Virus record (IMG/VR): IMGVR_UViG_3300014208_000023
Location: 64,001 to 128,000 of that record
Reading direction: 5' to 3' (one strand)
Length of the DNA: 64,000 nt
DNA from: a virus
Lineage: Duplodnaviria; Caudoviricetes
Shown here: positions 56,229 to 64,000 of the stretch, piece by piece
Position numbering within the stretch: the stretch's first letter is position 1
Layout: each line of letters opens with the position of its first letter
Program-made: the position numbers and the translations under genes
The notes under the pieces: model-generated
The model's input: only the letters and a program-made list of their open reading frames with translations
Database searches by the model: none
What the model was told of the DNA's origin: nothing

Positions 56229-56538
56229 CTATTAATTGCCTATGCTCCTTGTAGAATGGCGTAGTTCTAATTTGTGCTATTGATGACGAGAACGTTTTAC
56301 TCATTACTAGCTTAAAGTTTTTACACAATGATTGGTTTGAAAATTTATAAGCATAATATATGCTGTATAGCAATTCATTTATATGATCTTCATTATTAAG
56401 ATCGCCACTTTCTTTTCTCTTATACCTTGCGGCAAAATCGTGTTTAAATGCAGTGTCATTTAATCTATAATACTGTATTACGTCTTTAGGATTTTCCCGG
56501 TCAAACGTAGTAAATTTTGTAGCCAATCCTACATACAT
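56182..56538 (-). CDS. hypothetical protein
   Basis: GGAG SD. Confidence 0.55.
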   Translation of the reverse strand: MYVGLATKFTTFDRENPKDVIQYYRLNDTAFKHDFAARYKRKESGDLNNEDHINELLYSIYYAYKFSNQSLCKNFKLVMSKTFSSSIAQIRTTPFYKEHRQLIDGVIEKPRHKPSFRW

Positions 56539-56551
56539 AATGTTCTCCGAA

Positions 56552-57151
56552 TCATTTTACCTTTTCTAGCATTGAAAGATCAAATCCTGACTGTTGTATC
56601 CAAATCAGTAAGGTCTTATCATTATTATCGGCAGATCCAGTATCCACCATTCTTTTGATGAATGCTAGATCTCCATACGTTTTACAATCAACCTTAAGTC
56701 TTAAGGCCATGTCTAGGAAGTTTGCTGGCAATTCCGTCGTGCGATCAACATTTTGTGTCTTATCCATAGCTAGCTTCTTAAACTTATATTCATTAGTAAT
56801 ATTCAAATCAGTAACGAAAGCTAGACTAGTAATTCTCTTCTTCTTTAGAATTATTTTGTGCTCAAAAAACCAATCAATATAGTCTTTTAATATTTCTGGG
56901 TCCGAACTAATCATCTGCCCAAGTTTTCTTATTTGAAAGACTTCATATGATTTAGATGGACTGTTTGCATTAAATCTAAAAGAGAATTTAGTTCCGTAGT
57001 GATCCAGATATCGTTTTGAAAAATACGATAATAGATGAACAACTTGCCAATCTTTAATTGGCAATGCTTCGATCTCTGAAAATCTTTTGAAGAACTTTTC
57101 CCAGTATATAGAGGGATATTCTTCTATCCTTAGATTATTGCTTGGAGTCAT
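56552..57151 (-). CDS. hypothetical protein in replication cluster
   Basis: 199-aa intact ORF. Confidence 0.65.
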   Translation of the reverse strand: MTPSNNLRIEEYPSIYWEKFFKRFSEIEALPIKDWQVVHLLSYFSKRYLDHYGTKFSFRFNANSPSKSYEVFQIRKLGQMISSDPEILKDYIDWFFEHKIILKKKRITSLAFVTDLNITNEYKFKKLAMDKTQNVDRTTELPANFLDMALRLKVDCKTYGDLAFIKRMVDTGSADNNDKTLLIWIQQSGFDLSMLEKVK

Positions 57152-57455
57152 TTTTATCCATATTGGTTTTTATATATTCATCTACGGCATTCTTTAATAT
57201 TGCTGGTGGCCATGTAGCCATAGTTCCGTGCTCTCTACACAAATATAATCCCATTGGATCGTTTAATGCTACATCACATTCTTCACATATTTTAATAGCT
57301 CTCATATCTATATTGCCATCATATCTAAAAGATATTTTGTTTTTAGGCATCCACCCGCCAACATAAAAACTTTCTTCATCCTTGCTTATCTCAAGGATTC
57401 TTCCTTGGGCACCGTCGCCACAATTAACTATGTGTCCAACCTCTAACTTTTTCAT
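57135..57455 (-). CDS. hypothetical protein
   Basis: Coupled ORF. Confidence 0.55.
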   Translation of the reverse strand: MKKLEVGHIVNCGDGAQGRILEISKDEESFYVGGWMPKNKISFRYDGNIDMRAIKICEECDVALNDPMGLYLCREHGTMATWPPAILKNAVDEYIKTNMDKNDSKQ

Positions 57456-58927
57456 ACCTTAATTCCTTTAGGGACATGAACTTCAAATCCCTTTTCCTGA
57501 CAATATATATGATATCTTCTCTTGCTGTGGTTTTTCAAGAACAATGCGTTGTCCCAAAAATCTACAACACGAACTTCCGTTTTGCCTGGGTGAATACGAA
57601 TCACGCGACCTATTCTCTGCAATGCTCTTACTAAACTTTTGTTTGGACTAGCTAACACCAAAGCATTTAAGCTGCTGATATCGACTCCGGTGTCGTAGAT
57701 GCTGCTTGATATAACACAACGTAGCTCGCCTGAAAGCAGTCTTGCTTTTATTTCTTCACGACGTTCTAATTTGTCTTTGCCGCTCAGCATCTCGACCTTT
57801 ATGCCCTCTTTACGAAGCATCTCAAGAAGTTTTTTGCCATGAGTAATTTGCCTAAACAAAACAAGAGTTTGAAATCCGTTCTCTACAAGTTTTTTTGTAG
57901 AGGTAACGATCATTCTATTTCTAGTGGTGTTCTCCACAATATATTCTTTATATATTCCTAGATAAGTTCTACTTTCTAAATACTCTTTTGGAACCTCAAA
58001 AAATTTGATTACTGGTTTTATTAGGAACCCTTTGTCTATTAATTCTGATGCTGGGATATCTACAATAATATCTCCAAGCAGCGCTTTAATTAGCAAATCG
58101 GTTTCTTCTAGCTTATGAGGGGTTCCAGACATTCCGTATATGTATTCTGGATTGATGCTTGAGTAGATTTTCTTGAAGCTATCTGTGGATGCTCCGTGAC
58201 ACTCATCAAAAACAATAACCTTAGCGGATTTAATCATTGCCTGGATTTTACCAGCATCACTTTCATTGAACTTTTCTTTTTCGTCGTCGTCATCGGATAC
58301 CTTTATCTTTTTCTTTGGTGATAAAGATTTAGCGGCGGTCCAAAGACTTACTATATTGATTCTTCGTATTTCACAAACCCCATTGCCTACGTAACCAATT
58401 TCTTCTTGAAAGATTTCAGAGAATAGATCGTGAAACTGCTGCAACAAATCTAGCCCTACAACAAAAATATTGGTAGGCTTATTAAGTGCGGCAACTATAA
58501 TGGCCGAAATTAATGTCTTACCAGAACCGGTGCAAGACTTTATAATGCCCTGCCTATGGTTGAGGGCTGCCTTGACTGCATTGATTTGATAATACCGAGG
58601 CACTTTTTTTAGTTCTACCAGCCTCTTACTTATATCTATAGGCTCAGCGTTCTCGACAACCGGCCTGCGATCTATAACTTCAAAAGTAATTTGATTTTCT
58701 GTCAAAAACTTCCGCGTCATATCTAGCAGTCCAATAGGAAATTGCCCCTTCTTGTTCAGAAGGTGATTGATGCCGTTCCATCCGAACCTCTGGTATTGAG
58801 GGGAAAACTCAATACCAGGCTCTTTATAAGAAAGAAGCTTGTCCAATTTTTTAAGGATATCTTCATCTTCAAGGGTGACTTGAGCGTATTTGTTGTTGGG
58901 GAGTATTACGATTTCGGTTTGAGCCAT
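57452..58927 (-). CDS. superfamily II helicase (UvsW/XPB-like)
   Basis: PRYYQ, CTGSGKT, DECH, GMSGTP, TGVD, QRIGRVIR. Confidence 0.9.
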   Translation of the reverse strand: MAQTEIVILPNNKYAQVTLEDEDILKKLDKLLSYKEPGIEFSPQYQRFGWNGINHLLNKKGQFPIGLLDMTRKFLTENQITFEVIDRRPVVENAEPIDISKRLVELKKVPRYYQINAVKAALNHRQGIIKSCTGSGKTLISAIIVAALNKPTNIFVVGLDLLQQFHDLFSEIFQEEIGYVGNGVCEIRRINIVSLWTAAKSLSPKKKIKVSDDDDEKEKFNESDAGKIQAMIKSAKVIVFDECHGASTDSFKKIYSSINPEYIYGMSGTPHKLEETDLLIKALLGDIIVDIPASELIDKGFLIKPVIKFFEVPKEYLESRTYLGIYKEYIVENTTRNRMIVTSTKKLVENGFQTLVLFRQITHGKKLLEMLRKEGIKVEMLSGKDKLERREEIKARLLSGELRCVISSSIYDTGVDISSLNALVLASPNKSLVRALQRIGRVIRIHPGKTEVRVVDFWDNALFLKNHSKRRYHIYCQEKGFEVHVPKGIKV

Positions 58928-59691
58928 TCAGATACCATTCCAAAAAAACTAACCAGCATAGACGCTATCCCTACGCCTGCCTTTTCAACTTCAGCCTGGA
59001 GGACTTGCTGTGCTTCTCCTATACCCTGCTTCGTTGTAGTTTGATTGGAATTATCTAAATGTAACGGTTCTGGTAAAACTGTAAGCTCCCCCATTGGGGC
59101 TGGCTCTGGATCTATAGTTACCCATGGTTGTAATGGTGGGGCCTCATCTAAATTAAGTGAGGCGAGGGCATGTTCATAGTCAGTGCTTTTCATATATGGA
59201 TTATAGAATCTCGTCATTCCGGCAATATAATCTTTAAGTGGTGCCGTATAGTATCCGTGAGCACGAATGATAGTTGCGAATCCAACTAAATTGCCAGATT
59301 CTATTGCTGGCCAAGCTGAAGCATATCTTTTATTTTTTAAAAGACCAAGATGGAATACTGCTCCGGCATGAAGATCGTGAAAAGATCTAAACCACGAACC
59401 AGGATTAGATGCTGGCAAATTAACCCTAACGCCATTGATTATTTCCCACACCCCGTTAAGCGCCATATACTCTATGGTTTGACCAGGAATATCTACCGCT
59501 TTAACATTTCCTAAATTATTGTTCCATGCAAAATTACCTCCACCAGTCTCAATACCGTGCTGGGCAACTATAACTCCTATTGAGGCCTTACTTGGAATAT
59601 CTCCAAGCAATTCGTGCCAAGCGCCTATAAGAGCTGCGCATAACTCTATTTGAGAATATTTCGTCTTAACAGTATCAACTCTTACTAGCAT
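58906..59691 (-). CDS. glucosaminidase/lysozyme-like peptidoglycan hydrolase (GH73-like)
   Basis: AQHGIETG...NNLGNVK...FRSF...GYYTA; AAGGGG SD before MLVRVD. Confidence 0.7.
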   Translation of the reverse strand: MLVRVDTVKTKYSQIELCAALIGAWHELLGDIPSKASIGVIVAQHGIETGGGNFAWNNNLGNVKAVDIPGQTIEYMALNGVWEIINGVRVNLPASNPGSWFRSFHDLHAGAVFHLGLLKNKRYASAWPAIESGNLVGFATIIRAHGYYTAPLKDYIAGMTRFYNPYMKSTDYEHALASLNLDEAPPLQPWVTIDPEPAPMGELTVLPEPLHLDNSNQTTTKQGIGEAQQVLQAEVEKAGVGIASMLVSFFGMVSEWLKPKS

Positions 59692-59875
59692 TAGTTCCCC
59701 TTCTTTGTTCGGTGGCGTCATGAACTGCTTTGATGCAGTGATTGCATCTCCACTCAACATCTCGTGGCGGATCGCTACATAACGATAATGTTACCACTAA
59801 ATCTTTAGTTGTAGCACAAATATCACAATGGGCCCCATACCAACCTCTAGTTGATGGCGGAAGTGGTAATGTCAT
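59675..59875 (-). CDS. Zn-finger protein, paralog of 33117..33443
   Basis: CDIC...RCNHCIKAVHDATEQR. Confidence 0.6.
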   Translation of the reverse strand: MTLPLPPSTRGWYGAHCDICATTKDLVVTLSLCSDPPRDVEWRCNHCIKAVHDATEQRRGTNASKS

Positions 59876-60174
59876 TCTTTTACTTTACTTTTTGTAAGAG
59901 AATCTTTTACAGATACCGCGACGCCTAATCCTTTGATATCGTATTCGGTCATCTCATCTTCGGGAACCTCAATCAGATGAACATATCCAGCTATATCAAA
60001 AAACTTATTGCAAGACATACACTTATAGTGATAAGCAAAGTCCTGATCGATATGGCCGCTTGCTCCACAAGAACAAACTATATCCATACAAACATCAGTA
60101 CCTTTCCATTGAATCCATCCATGTGGTCCATCTGGTCGCTTGGTTTCTTGACGCTCATATCGTTTGTTAATCAT
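59872..60174 (-). CDS. hypothetical Zn-binding phage protein
   Basis: WIQWKGTDVCMDIVCSCG...HID...CMSC. Confidence 0.65.
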   Translation of the reverse strand: MINKRYERQETKRPDGPHGWIQWKGTDVCMDIVCSCGASGHIDQDFAYHYKCMSCNKFFDIAGYVHLIEVPEDEMTEYDIKGLGVAVSVKDSLTKSKVKE

Positions 60175-60350
60175 TTTTACCTATCATTCTAAATTAGAAT
60201 TGCCATATGCAACAGTGTCAGGATCTATTTTTTTATTTTTGGACATATGTATATTGCAATCATCACATAAATATTCTGGATTTTCGCCTTCTAATTTAAT
60301 GGCCGCAAAACTTCCACACAAATCACAATTTGGTATCCAATCGCTTGTGC

Positions 60351-61706
60351 TCATTTCTTTCGCCTATCTATGGTGTTATTATTGGCTAGAAACTTACCAA
60401 AACCCGATTGGCTTTTTGCGATCTTTGCTTTTACTTCATCAATTTTACTTATGTGTTTTTCTTTCTGATTTGACGCCTGATCTAAAGCCTTCGTGCGCTC
60501 TGCTTCTTTAACTTTAGTTACTTCCGCCATTTGCGCAGTCTCTACTCTCAAAAAGTCTAGGCGCTGATGTGGCATGCTGAGACCTGAGAAGATTGAGAAA
60601 ATATTAATTACTCCATCCTCAACCGTATTATCAACATAATATCCCTTGAATACAGCAATAGCTCCCTCACACTTCGCGGTGAATTGTGCCGAAGCATAGT
60701 TGATATGAGTAGATGGTATTGTTTCCCAAGTTTTTTCTGAGGCAACAACTACAAGGCTGGCTAGGTGAGCATTCTTAATATCAAGATTTGATAGTAAGTT
60801 AGCCTCTAGTGAGCCTTCGATGGCGGTGGCTATGCTGAGTGGGTTCTCATCTTCTCCGAATGGCATAGTGATCTTTGAATAAGAAACGCAGCCACGGCCC
60901 TCAAGCAGTAGTCTCGTAAATTCTGCTCCGTCGAATGCCTGATTTTTCGATGGCATAGCAGATAGCTTATTGATTTCACATAGAGGCTCAACTATAGCCT
61001 TATTGGCTAGCTCGAAAAACTTCATATATGAAACGTCAGAATACATTTCTTCAATCTTGGCATTATCAACACAAATTACGTTGGCGATAGACCCAGACTT
61101 TAACATGTCTGATAGTGCTTCTAGGCTATTCACTGAATTTGATTTAATGGAAGCATCGTCACTTGTCATTGGAAGTAATGCGAGGACTAGCACGGGCTTC
61201 TGTGTGGCATTAAGGATATCAATTACGACTGGTAGGGATCCTGAACCAGTTCCGCCCCCTAAAGATGAGCAGACAATGAAGGCCTGACAATCACCAAGCT
61301 GACGCTTAACGGCCGTTGCGATTGTATCATAATATACTTCAGCAACTTCTTTGCCTACAGACTGGTCCTTGGCACAACCTGAAACACCAGTATCTAGAAA
61401 AATCTTTTGAGTGTCAGGTATGTCAAGCAAATCAAGATCTTGACGTGCAGTATTAACGACTATAGTTGGGTATGCGTTTGGTAGCTTGAAAAACTCAACT
61501 GCAACCGAGGAGCCGCCTTGACCAAGGCCTATAATGCCCAGCTTAAGCGCGCGGTCGGCCTTTGGCTTTTCTGCGTCCTTGGCTTTTGCAGCAAGTTTGG
61601 CCTTTAGTTCGGCCAATTTGTCTTGATTAACTACTGGAGCAGCGTTACTAATATCATCGTGAATTTCTTCTTTTGTCATTTCTATTTTTTCCGATTTAGC
61701 TGTCAT
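60351..61706 (-). CDS. tubulin/FtsZ-family GTPase (PhuZ/TubZ-like)
   Basis: GLGQGG, VNT, GCAKD..GKE, SLGGGTGSG, VDN, N..I, FDGAEF. Confidence 0.85.
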   Translation of the reverse strand: MTAKSEKIEMTKEEIHDDISNAAPVVNQDKLAELKAKLAAKAKDAEKPKADRALKLGIIGLGQGGSSVAVEFFKLPNAYPTIVVNTARQDLDLLDIPDTQKIFLDTGVSGCAKDQSVGKEVAEVYYDTIATAVKRQLGDCQAFIVCSSLGGGTGSGSLPVVIDILNATQKPVLVLALLPMTSDDASIKSNSVNSLEALSDMLKSGSIANVICVDNAKIEEMYSDVSYMKFFELANKAIVEPLCEINKLSAMPSKNQAFDGAEFTRLLLEGRGCVSYSKITMPFGEDENPLSIATAIEGSLEANLLSNLDIKNAHLASLVVVASEKTWETIPSTHINYASAQFTAKCEGAIAVFKGYYVDNTVEDGVINIFSIFSGLSMPHQRLDFLRVETAQMAEVTKVKEAERTKALDQASNQKEKHISKIDEVKAKIAKSQSGFGKFLANNNTIDRRKK

Positions 61707-62671
61707 TGTTTTATCCAATATTTATTTAATAGGAACCATTCTATGGTATTTTGAATACCATCTTTGAACTTAATCTTTGGTTCCCATCCTAGTTTTTTAG
61801 TTTTATCACTTGAGAGACTATATCTGAAATCATGCCCTGGTCTATCTGCAACGAATTCTATCTGTAAATCTTTCTGCATAGTCTTGCAAATTAGTTGAGC
61901 AACTTCAATATTAGAGAATTCTTGTCCAGCGCCTATATTGTAAGCTTCTCCTGGAGCCCCACGTTCCATTATAGCCTTAATAGCGGTATAGCTATCTCTA
62001 ACATGAAGCCAGTCTCTTATCTGCTGCCCTTGACCATATATTTTTATCTTCTGACCATTAATCAGAGATTGAATAACTCTTGGAATAAACTTATTTGCAG
62101 TTTGTCTTGGTCCGTAGTTGTTGGCCATTCTAACAATATTGTAGTTTAGCCCTTCTGAATTACCAAGCGCTACAACCAAATGCTCTCCAGCAGCCTTCGT
62201 TGCTGAATAGGTGTTTCTAGGAGCAAGCGGTGCAGATTCTGACCAGCTAGCGTCATTCTCTGACTCTAGATGGCCATATACTTCATCCGTTGAAATATAA
62301 ATGAATTTTGAAACCTTGAACTTGCTGGCAACTTTAGCTACTATTTGTGTTCCAATAACGTTATTATGAACATAATCAATAGGAGAACTAATTGATTCAT
62401 CTACCGATGTAAGTGCTGCCGCATGAATGATAACATCTGGCTGCTCGTATTCTACGATGCGGCTAAATATATGCTCGTCAGTAATGTCAGCAATATAGTT
62501 AAAGCTATTTTTATTTATGTAAATACTGTTTAAAGCCAACGGACTTAATAGCTTATCAACGGTCACGATAGAATATTGCTTCTTCTCATACATAAGATTT
62601 CGTATGAAGTTAGAGAAAATGAAGCCGCTCGCCCCAGTAATTAGTATCTTTTGTCTTTCATTACTCATCAC
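61703..62671 (-). CDS. rfbB: dTDP-glucose 4,6-dehydratase-like
   Basis: HAAALTSVD.SI, NVIGT, ISTDEVYG, YSATK, NNYGP, DRPGHDFRY. Confidence 0.85.
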   Translation of the reverse strand: MMSNERQKILITGASGFIFSNFIRNLMYEKKQYSIVTVDKLLSPLALNSIYINKNSFNYIADITDEHIFSRIVEYEQPDVIIHAAALTSVDESISSPIDYVHNNVIGTQIVAKVASKFKVSKFIYISTDEVYGHLESENDASWSESAPLAPRNTYSATKAAGEHLVVALGNSEGLNYNIVRMANNYGPRQTANKFIPRVIQSLINGQKIKIYGQGQQIRDWLHVRDSYTAIKAIMERGAPGEAYNIGAGQEFSNIEVAQLICKTMQKDLQIEFVADRPGHDFRYSLSSDKTKKLGWEPKIKFKDGIQNTIEWFLLNKYWIKQ

Positions 62672-63486
62672 TGCCTATATAGCATGAAGTTAGGGTCTTT
62701 ATCGTATTTTTGAACTAATTCTTTGTCGATTTTATTCTTCCAACGATCAATGAATATTTGTAGATTTTGTTTAAAATATAGCTTATTAACTGGATTCTTT
62801 TTTAGAGAAGCGCTTTCGGCATGTAGTATATTTGTTTCTCCACAATAAACTACCTTCTTATTTTTATTCTGAACCTCCATACAATAAAAACTATCATCCC
62901 AACACCAATGTAGTTTCTCATTTAAGCCACCAATCTCTTTAAAAAGATTAAATGGAGTTAATATGACTGCTCCAGTAACTATTGGGTAAAGACGATTAAG
63001 TCGATCGCGTGGCTCTTCCTTAGCTCCTGCTCTAAAATGAAATGGCGTTCCTATATTACCGGGGTGAAACAAAACTCCTACGTGCTGAACCTTTGTTGGG
63101 TCATCCTCATAGTTTAGCTTGCAACCAACCACTCCAACGCTATTGTCATTATCTATGATCGATATCATTTTTTTAATCGACTCTGAATCTTTAAAAACAA
63201 TATCGTTATTAAGCATTAATATATAGTCGCCCTCTTCTGGAGCCATTTGTTGGCAAAGCCAATTATTTCCTTGCGAATAATTTTGAAGATTATTCTTATA
63301 TGCAAAGACGGTTACTCTATCATTTTTCCAAGATTCAACTATCTCAACAGTGTTGTCATTGGAACCATTATCCTTGATGCCCCAACGCCAATCAATTCCT
63401 TCTAATGCCGGAAGGATAGAATCGTAAAGGGCCTGAAGTTTTTCTTTGGCATTCCAGGTCAAAGTAAGTATTACTAATTTTTTCAT
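62668..63486 (-). CDS. GT2 glycosyltransferase
   Basis: TLTWN, DNGSND, LNNDI, TGAV, WDD. Confidence 0.8.
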   Translation of the reverse strand: MKKLVILTLTWNAKEKLQALYDSILPALEGIDWRWGIKDNGSNDNTVEIVESWKNDRVTVFAYKNNLQNYSQGNNWLCQQMAPEEGDYILMLNNDIVFKDSESIKKMISIIDNDNSVGVVGCKLNYEDDPTKVQHVGVLFHPGNIGTPFHFRAGAKEEPRDRLNRLYPIVTGAVILTPFNLFKEIGGLNEKLHWCWDDSFYCMEVQNKNKKVVYCGETNILHAESASLKKNPVNKLYFKQNLQIFIDRWKNKIDKELVQKYDKDPNFMLYRQ

Positions 63487-63659
63487 TGATTACTTTCTGG
63501 CCTCTTTGTCCATTCAGAAACTATATTCATATCTTGATAATCCGCCAAGCTCATCCACTCATACATTACATGTTTTGAGTAGTTCTTTTTGATGCAAAAG
63601 ATTTTCCATCTTGAGGTGCGTTCATTTTCAAATACTATTATTTCTTCTTTAGTCATCAT
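63483..63659 (-). CDS. 58-aa protein (not in ORF track)
   Basis: MMTKEEIIVFENER...; coupled at both ends. Confidence 0.5.
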   Translation of the reverse strand: MMTKEEIIVFENERTSRWKIFCIKKNYSKHVMYEWMSLADYQDMNIVSEWTKRPESNQ

Positions 63660-64000
63660 AATCCTACTTGCATTCCTACTCCGGCCTGAAATGATCCTGC
63701 CGTATTAATTCCTAGAACGGGGCCAATATAAAGATTGTTTAATAGTGTTCCGGAAATTGCCTTGCCAACATTAAATTGAATTGGGCTTAACTCTGCTGCC
63801 GGCCTCTGCTCAATCATATTATATCCGGCGCCTATACTCAACACTCGTATGTCTGGGCTTGTTTTTGTTTTACCGTAACTCATAATGCTCAAGCTTAAGC
63901 TTGGAGTTGCCTCTGCCTTTACTGTAGAACCAGATAAACTTGCTGCTCCTGAAAATCCAAGCGCAATGCGAGGGTTCCACCAAGAAAAGGAACTAGAGGG
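63656..64000 (-). CDS. C-terminal part of a gene extending past the right edge
   Basis: Frame of 63656..63892 stays open to the edge; alternating hydrophobic beta-strand pattern. Confidence 0.55.
   Translation of the reverse strand, partial: PSSSFSWWNPRIALGFSGAASLSGSTVKAEATPSLSLSIMSYGKTKTSPDIRVLSIGAGYNMIEQRPAAELSPIQFNVGKAISGTLLNNLYIGPVLGINTAGSFQAGVGMQVGL

Noticed and set aside
60100-61800. TubZRC-type centromere next to the tubulin gene
   Set aside because: No iteron array or small DNA-binding gene recognisable beside it.
1-64000. tRNA, tmRNA, rRNA or RNase P genes
   Set aside because: No T-loop/acceptor-stem or GAGGAAAGUCC signature found by eye; a tRNAscan/cmscan run would be decisive.
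1-64000. Stop-codon reassignment
   Set aside because: Long conserved genes are intact in code 11 and all three stops end genes.

Overview
Fragment of a large AT-rich tailed-phage (jumbo/huge phage-like) genome read in standard code 11. I saw no tRNAs, CRISPR arrays, introns or inteins. From about 3.4 kb to 64 kb the DNA is densely coding, roughly 30-38% GC on lines sampled by eye. It carries replication genes (DnaB, DnaC-like loader, SF2 helicase, NAD-dependent ligase, two DEDDh exonucleases), nucleotide metabolism (dut, thyA, folA, nrdJ, IMPDH/GMP reductase, nucleoside hydrolase), translation functions (infA, map), PhoH, a sigma factor, a tubulin/FtsZ-family protein, glycosylation genes, HNH endonucleases and many small ORFs. 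The first 3.3 kb is different: about 50-60% GC, small minus-strand genes with strong SD sites and long leader stems, and about 1.6 kb without a credible ORF. That gap holds a hairpin-dense putative large ncRNA (GOLLD-like candidate) behind a near-consensus sigma70 promoter, plus a tandemly duplicated RNA module. Best leads: (1) the large ncRNA with its adjacent basic protein; (2) nine unrelated minus-strand proteins sharing an N-terminal LxxLAxxFxxx[AS]Q leader, possibly a capsid-targeting signal for ejected cargo; (3) dispersed miniature paralogs of capsid, cement and tail-tube proteins; (4) a structured leader burying the sigma factor start. Family assignments come from motif recognition and memory, not database searches.
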